Shown here piece after piece: positions 1-9,755 of a DNA stretch of 64,000 nt (positions are counted from its first letter, which is position 1; every line of letters starts with the position of its first letter). The stretch spans positions 13,147-77,146 of the IMG/VR virus record IMGVR_UViG_3300050645_000186. The stretch is one strand, 5' to 3'. This stretch comes from a virus. Lineage: Duplodnaviria; Caudoviricetes. The notes under the pieces are model-generated. The model worked only from the letters and a program-made list of their open reading frames with translations, did not search any database and had not been told where the DNA came from. A program made the position numbers and the translations under genes.

Positions 1-7
1 CCGGGCC

Positions 8-409
8 ATGCCGCAGCCGCGCGACTACCTTTCCGGCAAGCAGAAAAACGGCAGGGAGCTGATTGCCGTTGAAATATACGAAAAAACGTGGCAGTGGCTC
101 ACCGAAAACCGGTGCGCGCACCTGATCCCCGCGCTGCTGCTGGAGCAGTATGCCATGTCGGTATCCCGCTGGGTGCAGTGTGAGGAATGCATCACCGAGT
201 TTGGCTTCCTCGCCAAGCATCCTACGACCGGTAACGCTATCCCCTCACCGTATGTGGCGATGAGCCAGAGCTTCATGAAGCAGGTCAACAACCTGTGGTA
301 TCAGATTTATCAGGTGGTGCGCGAAAATTGCGCGACAGAGTACAAGGGCGCGACGCCGCACGACGATGCCATGGAGCGCCTGCTCTCGGCACGGAGGGGC
401 GGCAGATGA
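8..409 (+). CDS. Terminase small subunit (P27-like); probably 5'-truncated by the window edge
   Basis: LLEQYAMSVSRWVQCE...GFLAKHPTTGNAIPSPYV; aligns with the C-terminal two-thirds of 43574..44125, where this Met is internal. Confidence 0.85.
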   Translation: MPQPRDYLSGKQKNGRELIAVEIYEKTWQWLTENRCAHLIPALLLEQYAMSVSRWVQCEECITEFGFLAKHPTTGNAIPSPYVAMSQSFMKQVNNLWYQIYQVVRENCATEYKGATPHDDAMERLLSARRGGR

Positions 410-585
410 ACTTTTCCGAAATCAACCGGTTCGTAAAGCGCCTTGCCACCTATAAGGGGAGGATACCCGCGCAGCAGCTCAAGACCCTGCGCGGGCAGGC
501 GCTCTCGGGCGATGTGGCTGGCGCGCAAAAGGGGCTGGAACGAATATGCAAGAAAGCGGGTGCCGCATGGATATCCGAAAAATAA
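406..585 (+). CDS. Small phage hypothetical protein (59 aa)
   Basis: ATG overlaps terS stop (ATGA), GGAGGGG RBS upstream, QQLKTLRGQALSGD. Confidence 0.65.
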   Translation: MNFSEINRFVKRLATYKGRIPAQQLKTLRGQALSGDVAGAQKGLERICKKAGAAWISEK

Positions 586-1862
586 ACGCTGGGCAACTCA
601 ACCCTGCGGCGTACAATCCCCGCCGCGACCTCAAGCCCGGCGATAAGGAATATGAGAAGCTCAAGCGTTCCATATCGGAGTTCGGATATGTCGAACCTGT
701 CATATGGAACGAAAAAACCGGCAGCGTGGTCGGCGGCCACCAGCGGTTGAAGGTGCTGCTCGATATGGGGCATACCGAAATCGACTGCGTGGTGGTCGAT
801 CTGGATGTACAGCGGGAGAAGGCGCTCAACGTCGCCCTCAACAAAATCCAGGGCGAATGGGACGAAACCAAGCTGGCTGAAATCATGGCCGACCTTGACG
901 CGGCTGCGTTCGACGTGGCGCTAACCGGCTTTGACGCTGCCGAGGTTGATGAGCTGCTCAACCGCTTTTATTCCAAAGAAGCGGTGCAGGATGATTTCGA
1001 TGCCGACGCTGAAATGGAACGCATCGAGGCATCTGGCACGGTCACACAACGCGGCGATATCTGGCTGCTCGGCAACCATCGTCTGATGTGCGGCGACTCC
1101 ACCAGCGCGGAGGATTTTGAAAAGCTCATGGACGGTGCGCACGCGCATGTGGCGGTCACCGCCCCGCCCTACGGGGAAGGCATGGAATACGAGAAGGCGG
1201 GCATCGAACCGTGGCTCGACGCCATCCGGCTCGTGGCCCGAAACCTGTGCAGGCACGCGGACATCATCTGCTGGAACTTGGGCGATCTGTATGCGACCGG
1301 CTCGCAGTTTATCGAGCCGACCGGCATGTACAGCGTGAACCTGTTTGGAGAAAACGGGTTCCGACCCATATGGATTCGTATCTGGAAAAAACCTGCTGCA
1401 AGCAAGGCCGCCGGTTCGCAGCATCTGGCCACCAACAAGCCAGTACAGCCGTACGAGTACGTTACCGCCTTCGCCGGGCAGGAAACAGACGCGTACAACG
1501 ATCAGGAATATGTGTGGCTCTCCGCTTTTGCCGGGCACAGCTATCAGTTTGTAAAGCGGCTAACCAAGGAGGAGCGCAAAAAGTGGGGATACGCTGGCAT
1601 ATGGGAGATCGCCCCTGTACGCTCCAGCAAAAAGCATCCGGCCATGTTCCCCGTCGAGCTGCCGTGGCGGTGTATCAAGATGCACTCCGATCCGGGCGGT
1701 ATCGTGCTGGAACCGTTTTCCGGCAGTGGCACCACCATCATTGCGGCGGAGCAGATCGAGCGCCGCTGTTACGCGATGGAGATTTCACCGGTTTATTGCG
1801 ATCTGGCGGTTAAACGGTGGGAGGACTTTACCGGCGAAAAGGCAATAAAAACGGCTTCCTAA
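567..1862 (+). CDS. ParB-like N-terminus + beta-class DNA methyltransferase (catalytic motif reads APPY)
   Basis: YNPR...GYVEPVIWN...GGHQR ParB-like domain; motif IV TAPPY; motif I EPFSGSGTT. Confidence 0.88.
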   Translation: MDIRKINAGQLNPAAYNPRRDLKPGDKEYEKLKRSISEFGYVEPVIWNEKTGSVVGGHQRLKVLLDMGHTEIDCVVVDLDVQREKALNVALNKIQGEWDETKLAEIMADLDAAAFDVALTGFDAAEVDELLNRFYSKEAVQDDFDADAEMERIEASGTVTQRGDIWLLGNHRLMCGDSTSAEDFEKLMDGAHAHVAVTAPPYGEGMEYEKAGIEPWLDAIRLVARNLCRHADIICWNLGDLYATGSQFIEPTGMYSVNLFGENGFRPIWIRIWKKPAASKAAGSQHLATNKPVQPYEYVTAFAGQETDAYNDQEYVWLSAFAGHSYQFVKRLTKEERKKWGYAGIWEIAPVRSSKKHPAMFPVELPWRCIKMHSDPGGIVLEPFSGSGTTIIAAEQIERRCYAMEISPVYCDLAVKRWEDFTGEKAIKTAS

Positions 1863-1993
1863 TAAGGAAGCCGCAGAGTAATCGCAGGAGCAAATGAGAA
1901 GTTGATGAAGGGCGTCTTTACAGTCATACCGGAATACTTGTGTCCCGTTGCCTTACCGATCGCTTTTTGAAGCAATGCAATAATTTTAGTCAT
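1859..1993 (-). CDS. 44-aa antisense moron-like ORF (MTKIIALLQKAIGKATGH...)
   Basis: AAAGGGGGAG RBS upstream of ATG, own predicted promoter, AT-rich insert absent from prophage 2. Confidence 0.5.
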   Translation of the reverse strand: MTKIIALLQKAIGKATGHKYSGMTVKTPFINFSFAPAITLRLPY

Positions 1994-2090
1994 CAGCACT
2001 CCCCCTTTAGTGTTATTCTTCTCATCTGCGTATAATCCTGACGGACCTGTTAGATCTGGTGGATCAGCAAGGGGGCCTTGATCCAATATT

Positions 2091-2118
2091 ATTATACCAT
2101 TTTGTACAAGTTCTTCAA
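2091..2118 (-). promoter_or_regulatory. Sigma70-type promoter for the 44-aa ORF
   Basis: Minus strand TTGAAG-N16-TATAAT with TG extended -10 (TGGTATAAT). Confidence 0.5.
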
Positions 2119-2128
2119 GGAGAATGCG

Positions 2129-3385
2129 ATGAACATACAAAAGCTTCCCGCCGCTAAACTCAAGGCGGCCAAGTATAACCCGCGCCGCGACCTCAAGCCG
2201 GGCGACGCCGAATATGAAAAGCTGCGCCGCTCCATCGAGGAATTTGGCTACGTCGAGCCGGTCATCTGGAACAGCCGCACCGGCAACATCGTGGGCGGCC
2301 ACCAGCGGTACAAGGTGCTCACGGCTATGGGCTATCAGGATATCGACTGCGTGGTGGTCGATCTGGACGAACAGCGCGAGAAGGCGCTTAACGTGGCGCT
2401 CAACAAAATCGGCGGCGAGTTCGATATTCCCCTGCTGACCGATCTGCTACGCGATCTGGGCGCGGACGGCTTCGACGTATCGCTGACCGGCTTCGACGCC
2501 GCCGAGATGGACGATCTGTTCCGCGATAAGCCCGCCGGTGACGTGAAGGAGGACGGCTTCGATGCGGATAAGGCTGTCGCCGAAATCGAAACGCCGGTCA
2601 CGCAGCGCGGCGACGTGTGGCTCTTGGGCAAGCATCGCCTCATGTGCGGCGACAGCACGGATTTGGCCGACGTCAAAACACTCATGGACGGCAAAACGAC
2701 CCGGTTCGTGTTCACCGACCCGCCGTGGAATGTCGATTACGGTTCGGATGCCAAGCACCCAAGCTGGAAACCACGGCAAATTCTCAATGATAAAATGAGC
2801 ACCGAGGCGTTCGGTGCTTTTTTATTGCGCGCGTTTACCTGCATGAAAGAGGTATCCGAACCGGGCTGCATGACATATGTGGTCATGTCCGCACAGGAAT
2901 GGGGCAATCTCATGGACGCCATGACCGGGCTTTCCTATCACTGGTCGAGTACGATCATATGGAAGAAAGATAGCCTGGTGCTCTCCCGCAAGGATTATCA
3001 TACGCAATATGAGCCGATCTGGTACGGCTGGACGGAGGGTTCGCGCCTGTGTCCGCTCAAAGATCGCAAGCAGTCGGACGTATGGGATGTGCCCCGCCCG
3101 AAGGTATCCATAGAGCACCCGACCATGAAGCCGGTGACGCTTGTGGCAAAGGCCATTCTCAACAGCTCGCGCACAGGCGACTTAGCGCTTGACCTGTTCG
3201 GCGGTTCCGGCACGACGCTCATCGCCGCCGAGCAGACCGGGCGCGTGTGCTGCATGATGGAGCTTGATCCGAAATACTGCGATGTGATCGTAAAGCGGTT
3301 CATCGGTCAGGCAGGAAGCGACGAAACGGCGTACCTTATGCGGAATGGGAGCCAGATACCATACGCGGCGGTATCTGCCGATTGA
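2129..3385 (+). CDS. ParB-like + beta-class DNA methyltransferase (DPPW)
   Basis: ParB-like N-terminus; FTDPPW; HPTMKP; DLFGGSGTT. Confidence 0.9.
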   Translation: MNIQKLPAAKLKAAKYNPRRDLKPGDAEYEKLRRSIEEFGYVEPVIWNSRTGNIVGGHQRYKVLTAMGYQDIDCVVVDLDEQREKALNVALNKIGGEFDIPLLTDLLRDLGADGFDVSLTGFDAAEMDDLFRDKPAGDVKEDGFDADKAVAEIETPVTQRGDVWLLGKHRLMCGDSTDLADVKTLMDGKTTRFVFTDPPWNVDYGSDAKHPSWKPRQILNDKMSTEAFGAFLLRAFTCMKEVSEPGCMTYVVMSAQEWGNLMDAMTGLSYHWSSTIIWKKDSLVLSRKDYHTQYEPIWYGWTEGSRLCPLKDRKQSDVWDVPRPKVSIEHPTMKPVTLVAKAILNSSRTGDLALDLFGGSGTTLIAAEQTGRVCCMMELDPKYCDVIVKRFIGQAGSDETAYLMRNGSQIPYAAVSAD

Positions 3386-3443
3386 CCAATTACTGATACG
3401 GCGTTTCACGCCAGAATTTGGTGGTGCTTTCACTCACAAATCT

Positions 3444-3476
3444 CTTGCTTTCTACAGCGTTTAGAGCAATTAATGT
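3444..3476 (+). promoter_or_regulatory. CTTGCT-N-AGAG promoter-like motif, copy 1 of 5
   Basis: CTTGCTTT-N10-TAGAG-caat-TAATGT upstream of 3505. Confidence 0.55.
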
Positions 3477-3504
3477 TACTACCAAAACGGAAGGCGGTAA
3501 CAAC

Positions 3505-4323
3505 ATGAAAATCAACTTCAACGTAGCGGGCGCGAAGCGGAAAGCTCTGGTGGGGGCAATCAGCCGGGAACTGAACGCACCAACCAAATATCTCGGAGCG
3601 CCGACCTTCTCCTATGAAGTGGGCGGCTATACCATTGACAAAAACGGGATACTTGAGGGCGAGGACAATTCGGAGCTGGTCGCCGACCTTTGCGGCCTGC
3701 ACGACTACCGCGCGGAAACAGAGGAATACGATACACCGCTCCCGGCAGCCGCACCTGTCCCCGATGATGTACAAATTCCCTATGAAGCTGCCCTCGGCGG
3801 CAGGGTCAGCCCCTACCGCGACGAGGAAGAACCGCCCGCTTACGGACAGCCCGAAGGTGACGTGCCCGACCGTCTGATCATCGAAATTCCGCTGGAGGGC
3901 TTCACAGACACATCGCTTGAAAACCTCGATCGGCTCATTTCCAGCAAGGCGGCGCTCATCAAGAAGGCCATCAGCGCAGCGGCGCTCACCGTCGAACGGA
4001 CGGAAACGATGTTGAAATTCCCATGGTTCCGCTTCTGCGCGACCAGCGAAGAGGTTGACGCCTACTCCCGGCTTGTCTGTGCCCTTTGTGCGGCGGCGAA
4101 GGAGCAAAAGCGCGTAAACGCAAAAGAAAAAGCCGTGGAGAACGAAAAGTTCGCCTTCCGGGTATTTCTGCTGCGGTTGGGTTTTGTGGGCGATGAGTAT
4201 AAGAACGCCCGAAAAGTCCTGCTCAAGAACCTTTCCGGCAACAGCGCCTTCAAGAACGGCACACCGCCGAAAGCGCTCGAGGAGGCAGGCGAGAATATCG
4301 CAGAAACCGGGAACGGCACATAA
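3505..4323 (+). CDS. Conserved phage protein of the so-called virulence-related family (function unknown)
   Basis: KYLGAPTFSYEVG N-terminus; NEKFAFRVFLLRLGFVGDEYK...LLKNLSGNSAFK C-terminus; homologous to 48127..48867. Confidence 0.75.
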   Translation: MKINFNVAGAKRKALVGAISRELNAPTKYLGAPTFSYEVGGYTIDKNGILEGEDNSELVADLCGLHDYRAETEEYDTPLPAAAPVPDDVQIPYEAALGGRVSPYRDEEEPPAYGQPEGDVPDRLIIEIPLEGFTDTSLENLDRLISSKAALIKKAISAAALTVERTETMLKFPWFRFCATSEEVDAYSRLVCALCAAAKEQKRVNAKEKAVENEKFAFRVFLLRLGFVGDEYKNARKVLLKNLSGNSAFKNGTPPKALEEAGENIAETGNGT

Positions 4324-4362
4324 GGCTTGAAGAAAATCCAAGGGAAACACACGCACAATTAA

Positions 4363-4395
4363 CTTGCTATTAGAGCCTTTCAGAGTGAGTAATGT
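4363..4395 (+). promoter_or_regulatory. CTTGCT-N-AGAG motif, copy 2
   Basis: CTTGCTAT-N10-CAGAG-tgag-TAATGT upstream of 4440. Confidence 0.55.
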
Positions 4396-4439
4396 ACATG
4401 CCAAAAGCAATATACACACTTTGAAAGGCGGACAGCAAG

Positions 4440-5342
4440 ATGTTTGAAACGAAATTTGGCATCGAGGTAGAATTCACGGGGATCACAAGGGAGCAGGCGG
4501 CGCGGGTCGCGGCGGACTTCCTCGGCGGCAGGGTCGAAAGCCTGCGGGATTCCTACGATACGCAGAAGGTTACAGCACCCGACGGCCGGGTTTGGAAATT
4601 TATGAGCGACGGCAGCATCCGCACCGAGAAAAAGGAGCGCGGGCAGACGGTTTCCACCGATAAGAAATACAGCGTCGAGCTGGTCAGCCCGATCCTCGCC
4701 TACCGCGCGGACATCGAAACCCTGCAGGAGCTTATCCGCAAGCTGCGCAAGGCGGGTGGGTTCGCGAACACCTCCTGCGGCATCCACATCCACCTCGACG
4801 GCGCGAACCACACGGCGCGCAGCATCCGTAACTTCATCAACATCATAGCCAGCAAAAACGACCTTTTCTACAAGGCCCTCCAAATTGAGCAGGATCGGGT
4901 ACGCTTTTGCAAAAAGATGGACGCGGCGTTGGTCGAGCGGATGAACCGGAGCAAGCCCGCGACCTTGAGCCAGATCGAAAACATCTGGTATGCAGGCTAC
5001 GGCGAAAGCCGCGACCGCCACTACCATAGCAGCCGGTACCACTTCTTGAACCTGCACAGCTTTTTCTCCGGCCACCATACGGTCGAGCTGCGGGGCTTCA
5101 ATAGCGAACTGCACGCGGGCAAGATACGCAGCTACATCGTCCTTGCCCTCGCCCTGAACAAGCAGGCGCTCACGCAAAAGAGCGCCAGCAGCAGGAAGCC
5201 GCAGGTTGAGAACGAAAAATTCGCGCTGCGCACCTACCTCAACCGCATCGGGCTGATCGGCGACGAGTTCAAAAACTGCCGCGAGCACCTTTGCAAGCAC
5301 CTTACGGGATCGGCGGCATGGCGATTTCGCTCGGCGGCATAG
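4440..5342 (+). CDS. Amidoligase (COOH-NH2 ligase type 2)
   Basis: FGIEVEF, ELVSP, SCGIHIH, RYHFLNL, TVELR motifs. Confidence 0.88.
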   Translation: MFETKFGIEVEFTGITREQAARVAADFLGGRVESLRDSYDTQKVTAPDGRVWKFMSDGSIRTEKKERGQTVSTDKKYSVELVSPILAYRADIETLQELIRKLRKAGGFANTSCGIHIHLDGANHTARSIRNFINIIASKNDLFYKALQIEQDRVRFCKKMDAALVERMNRSKPATLSQIENIWYAGYGESRDRHYHSSRYHFLNLHSFFSGHHTVELRGFNSELHAGKIRSYIVLALALNKQALTQKSASSRKPQVENEKFALRTYLNRIGLIGDEFKNCREHLCKHLTGSAAWRFRSAA

Positions 5343-5481
5343 ATAGGAACGCGGCCCAACGGGGGGGCGGACAGCCGCCCCCTGCGGCGGCGGCCGGGCG
5401 GGGCCGGATGGTTGATTGGATTACGAACGCTGCGCGCCACAGGGCGCAACAGCGGGCGACACGCGCAAGGAGGATAACGCG

Positions 5482-5949
5482 ATGAAAAAGCAGGCAGGCA
5501 AGATATATCTGGCATATGGCAGCAACCTCAATTTGGAACAGATGGCGTACCGGTGCCCGGACGCCAAGGTGCTGGGCGGTACGACGCTCGACGGATACCG
5601 GCTCTTGTTCCGGGGATACAACGGTAGCGCGGTGGCAACGGTTGAAAGGCACGCGGGCGGCAGCGTTCCGGTGCTGCTCTGGCGAATTTCGTCTCGGGAT
5701 GAGGCGGCGCTCGACCGGTACGAAGGTTGGCCGAGGCTGTACCGCAAAGAAACGGTGACGGTGTCTTTCAATGACAAGTCAGTGGAGGCCATGGTTTACA
5801 TCATGAACGAGGGCAGGCCGCTGGGCGGGCCGGGGCTGTTTTATTACGACACCATCATGGACGGATACCTGGACGCGGGCTTCGAACCCGCCGTACTCGA
5901 AAAGGCGGCGCGCTTCTCGGTCAGGCAATCCAGAAAGGCGCGGGTGTAG
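5482..5949 (+). CDS. Gamma-glutamylcyclotransferase family protein
   Basis: YLAYGSNL N-terminal motif; LDRYEG. Confidence 0.88.
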   Translation: MKKQAGKIYLAYGSNLNLEQMAYRCPDAKVLGGTTLDGYRLLFRGYNGSAVATVERHAGGSVPVLLWRISSRDEAALDRYEGWPRLYRKETVTVSFNDKSVEAMVYIMNEGRPLGGPGLFYYDTIMDGYLDAGFEPAVLEKAARFSVRQSRKARV

Positions 5950-5951
5950 GC

Positions 5952-6146
5952 ATGGAGCAGAACTGCCTGATTTCAGATAAGCTGGTTGCGCAGGTGCTCG
6001 CCATCCGCGACAGCGGCAAGGTCAACATGTTCGATGCTCGCGGCGTTCAGGCCGAGGCCAACCGACAGGAATTTTACGATCTGGTCATTTTCCTCGAAGA
6101 ACACCGGAAGGAATACGCGGAATTCATATTGACGGGCAAGCGATAA
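5952..6146 (+). CDS. Small phage protein (DUF5049-like)
   Basis: QVLAIRDSGKVNMFD...EYAEFILTG; homologous to 49083..49271. Confidence 0.75.
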   Translation: MEQNCLISDKLVAQVLAIRDSGKVNMFDARGVQAEANRQEFYDLVIFLEEHRKEYAEFILTGKR

Positions 6147-6161
6147 ACATCCGCTACACAG

Positions 6162-6187
6162 GGAGCTTCACAAGAGGCTCCTTTTTT
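6162..6187 (+). terminator. Intrinsic terminator
   Basis: GGAGCTTC-acaa-GAGGCTCC followed by a T run. Confidence 0.7.
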
Positions 6188-6214
6188 GTTGCGCGTTTTT
6201 TAGAAAAGGAGGCG

Positions 6215-7822
6215 ATGAGGCTGCGGACGCTCAAGAAATACGAGCCGACGCCGTTCATGGTGGCGGGTTCCGAATACGACAATAAAGCGGCGGACATTGC
6301 CGTTTCCTTTATAAATTGCCTCAAGCATACCAAGGGCGAGTGGCACGGCCAGCCGTTCGACCTGATCGATTGGCAGGAGCAGATCATCCGGGACGTGTTC
6401 GGCGTCCTCAAGCCCAACGGCTACCGCCAGTTCAATACCGCATATGTGGAAATCCCGAAAAAACAGGGCAAGTCGGAGCTTGCGGCTGCGGTCGCGCTGC
6501 TTTTGACCTGTGGGGATTATGAGCACGGCGGCGAGGTGTATGGCTGCGCCTCCGACCGTCAGCAGGCGTCCATCGTATTCGATGTGGCCGTGGAAATGGT
6601 GGAGCAATGCCCGGCGCTGAAATCCCGGATCAAGCCGCTGCTCTCCCAAAAGCGATTGGTGTACAAGCCGCTCGGCAGCTTTTATCAGGTACTTTCGGCA
6701 GAAGCGTACACCAAGCACGGCCTGAATGTCCACGGTGTGGTGTTCGACGAGCTGCACGCCCAGCCCGGCCGTAACCTCTATGACGTTATGCTCCACGGCT
6801 CCGGCGATGCGCGCAAGCAGCCGCTGTTCTTCCTAATTACGACGGCGGGCACCGACCGCCACTCCATCTGCTGGGAGGTACACCAGAAGGCGCAAGACAT
6901 CCTGCAGGGCCGCAAGATCGACCCGACCTTTTATCCTATTATATACGGCATTGCGGACAACGACGATTGGACGAACGAAAAGGTGTGGCGAAAGGCCAAT
7001 CCGTCGCTGGATATCACAGTGGATATCGAGAAGCTACGGGTGGCCTGTGAGAACGCCCGGCAGAACCCCGCCGAGGAAAACCTGTTCCGGCAGCTCCGGC
7101 TCAACCAGTGGGTGAAGCAGTCCGTGCGCTGGATGCCCATGGAACGCTGGGATAAATGCGCGTTCGCGGTCGATCCCGAGAGCCTGCGCGGCCGGGCCTG
7201 CTACGGTGGTCTCGACCTTTCCTCCACGACGGACATCACCGCATTCGTGCTGATATTCCCCCCGCAGGATGAAGATGACAAATACATCATCCTCCCGTTC
7301 TTCTGGCTGCCGGAGGACAATGTCGATTTGCGCGTGCGGCGCGATCATGTGCCATATGACGTATGGAAGCAGCAGGGTTTTCTGAAAACCACCGAGGGAA
7401 ACGTGGTGCATTACGGCTTCATCGAGAGCTTCATCGAGGAGCTTGGTACGAAATACGACATCCGGGAGATCGCGTTCGACCGCTGGGGCGCTGTGCAGAT
7501 GGTGCAGAACCTCGAAGGGCTGGGCTTTACCGTCGTTCCGTTCGGGCAGGGCTTCAAGGATATGTCGCCGCCCACCAAGGAGCTTATGAAACTGACTCTC
7601 GAAGAAAAGCTTGCACACGGCGGGCACCCGGTGCTGCGCTGGATGGTGGACAACATCTTCGTGAAGACCGATCCGGCCGGGAACATCAAGCCCGACAAGG
7701 AAAAGAGCACCGAGAAGATCGACGGCGCGGTGGCGACCATCATGGCGCTCGACCGCGCGCTGCGGTGTGGCGGCGATCGTGGCGCTTCGATCTACGACGA
7801 AAGGGGGCTTCTGATTCTGTGA
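6215..7822 (+). CDS. terL: Terminase large subunit
   Basis: Walker A IPKKQGKS, VVFDELH, TTAG, GGLDLS nuclease motif, KIDGAVA. Confidence 0.95.
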   Translation: MRLRTLKKYEPTPFMVAGSEYDNKAADIAVSFINCLKHTKGEWHGQPFDLIDWQEQIIRDVFGVLKPNGYRQFNTAYVEIPKKQGKSELAAAVALLLTCGDYEHGGEVYGCASDRQQASIVFDVAVEMVEQCPALKSRIKPLLSQKRLVYKPLGSFYQVLSAEAYTKHGLNVHGVVFDELHAQPGRNLYDVMLHGSGDARKQPLFFLITTAGTDRHSICWEVHQKAQDILQGRKIDPTFYPIIYGIADNDDWTNEKVWRKANPSLDITVDIEKLRVACENARQNPAEENLFRQLRLNQWVKQSVRWMPMERWDKCAFAVDPESLRGRACYGGLDLSSTTDITAFVLIFPPQDEDDKYIILPFFWLPEDNVDLRVRRDHVPYDVWKQQGFLKTTEGNVVHYGFIESFIEELGTKYDIREIAFDRWGAVQMVQNLEGLGFTVVPFGQGFKDMSPPTKELMKLTLEEKLAHGGHPVLRWMVDNIFVKTDPAGNIKPDKEKSTEKIDGAVATIMALDRALRCGGDRGASIYDERGLLIL

Positions 7823-9045
7823 GCATATTTTCGACGCTGTTCAAGGCGCGCGATAAACCTCAAAACCGACTGCCGGGAAGCGATCCCGGCTTTTTCTTTG
7901 GCGGCACGACTTCCGGCAAATCGGTCAACGAGCGCACGGCCATGCAGACCACGGCGGTGTACGCCTGCGTGCGCATCTTGGCCGAGGCTGTGGCGGGCCT
8001 CCCGCTGCACCTGTACCGGCACAAGCCGGATGGCGGCAAGGAAAAAGCGCTTGAGCATGCGCTGTATTATCTTCTGCACACGGAGCCCAACCCCGAAATG
8101 ACCTCGTTCGCGTTCCGCGAAACCCTCATGAGCCACCTGCTGCTGTGGGGAAATGCCTACGCGCAGATCATCCGGGACGGCACAGGCCGGGTGCTTTCCC
8201 TCTATCCGTTGCTGCCCAGCAAGATGCTCGTGGACAGGACGCCCGCCGGGCAGCTTTTCTACGAATACCGCACGGACACCGGCCCTGTGATCCTGCGTCC
8301 GCAGGATGTGCTGCACATCCCCGGCCTCGGGTTCGACGGCCTGATTGGGTACTCGCCCATCGCCATGGCCAAGAACGCCATCGGCATGGCGATCGCCACG
8401 GAGGAGTACGGCGCGAAATTCTTCGCCAACGGCGCAAACCCCGGCGGCGTGCTGGAGCACCCCGGCGTGGTCAAAGACCCCAAGCGTGTGCGCGAAAGCT
8501 GGAACGCCGTGTATCAGGGCAGCGGCAACGCGCACCGGATCGCCGTGCTCGAAGAGGGCATGAAGTTCAACGCCATCGGCATCCCGCCCGAGCAGGCGCA
8601 GTTTTTGCAGACGCGGAAGTTTCAGATCAACGAGATCGCGCGCATCTTCCGCGTGCCGCCGCACATGGTGGGCGACCTCGAAAAGTCCAGCTTCTCCAAC
8701 ATCGAGCAGCAGAGCTTGGAGTTTGTGAAGTACACGCTCGACCCGTGGGTGGTGCGCTGGGAGCAGGCCGTACAGAAAGCGTTGCTGCTGCCGTCCGAAA
8801 AGCGGGCGTATTTCGCCAAGTTCAACGTGGACGGCCTCCTGCGCGGGGATTACCAAAGCCGCATGACCGGCTACGCTACCGGGCGGCAGAACGGCTGGCT
8901 TTCTACCAACGACATAAGGGAGCTGGAGGATATGAACCGTATCCCGGCGGAGCTGGGCGGCGATCTGTACCTGATCAACGGCAACATGACCAAGCTCGCG
9001 GACGCGGGCATTTTTGCTTCTAAGGAGGAAACGGATGCATCGTAA
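7819..9045 (+). CDS. HK97-family portal protein
   Basis: GTG overlaps terL stop; AVYACVRILAE, GLIGYSPI, IARIFRVPPHM. Confidence 0.95.
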   Translation: MSIFSTLFKARDKPQNRLPGSDPGFFFGGTTSGKSVNERTAMQTTAVYACVRILAEAVAGLPLHLYRHKPDGGKEKALEHALYYLLHTEPNPEMTSFAFRETLMSHLLLWGNAYAQIIRDGTGRVLSLYPLLPSKMLVDRTPAGQLFYEYRTDTGPVILRPQDVLHIPGLGFDGLIGYSPIAMAKNAIGMAIATEEYGAKFFANGANPGGVLEHPGVVKDPKRVRESWNAVYQGSGNAHRIAVLEEGMKFNAIGIPPEQAQFLQTRKFQINEIARIFRVPPHMVGDLEKSSFSNIEQQSLEFVKYTLDPWVVRWEQAVQKALLLPSEKRAYFAKFNVDGLLRGDYQSRMTGYATGRQNGWLSTNDIRELEDMNRIPAELGGDLYLINGNMTKLADAGIFASKEETDAS

Positions 9046-9736
9046 ATTCTGGAATTGGGTGAAGAACGAGGACGGCGCGCGCACCCTGCGTCTCGACGGA
9101 GCAATCGCCGAGGAAAGCTGGCTCGGGGACGAGGTGACGCCCCAGCAGTTCAAGGCGGAGCTACATTCCGGCGAGGGCGATATCACCGTCTGGATCAACT
9201 CGCCGGGCGGGGATGTGTTCGCCGCCGCGCAAATCTATAACATGCTCATGGAGTACAAGGGTAAGGTCACCGTCAAGATCGACGGCATCGCGGCCAGCGC
9301 CGCCTCGGTCATCGCCATGGCGGGCGGCGAGGTGTACATGTCGCCGGTTTCCATGCTCATGATCCACAACCCCATGACCGTTGCCATAGGCGATGCGGGC
9401 GAGATGGCAAAGGCCATCGCCATGCTCGACGAGGTCAAGGAGTCGATCATCAACGCCTACGAATTGAAGTCCGGCCTTTCCCGCGCGCGGATATCCCACC
9501 TGATGGACGCGGAAACGTGGCTCAACGCCAAGAAGGCCGTGGAACTGAAATTCGCGGACGGCATCCTGTTCACCGGGGAGGAGGAAGGCACGCCCGGCGT
9601 ACAGGATTCGGGCGGGCTGATATTCAGCCGACAGGCGGTCACGAATTCCATCCTCAGAAAGCTGCCGCAGCCGGAAAAACACACGGGTATCCCGATCGAG
9701 TCGCTGGAAAAGCGGCTTTCTTTATTGAAGCCATAA
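9035..9736 (+). CDS. ClpP-like prohead protease
   Basis: INSPGGDV, AASAASVIAMAG, MIHNP, ETWL..AV...FAD. Confidence 0.93.
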   Translation: MHRKFWNWVKNEDGARTLRLDGAIAEESWLGDEVTPQQFKAELHSGEGDITVWINSPGGDVFAAAQIYNMLMEYKGKVTVKIDGIAASAASVIAMAGGEVYMSPVSMLMIHNPMTVAIGDAGEMAKAIAMLDEVKESIINAYELKSGLSRARISHLMDAETWLNAKKAVELKFADGILFTGEEEGTPGVQDSGGLIFSRQAVTNSILRKLPQPEKHTGIPIESLEKRLSLLKP

Positions 9737-9755
9737 ATCGAAGGAGGAACTTTAC

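Noticed and set aside
3505-4323. Virulence factor
   Set aside because: The virulence-related label is a legacy name for a common phage protein; nothing in the sequence supports a virulence role
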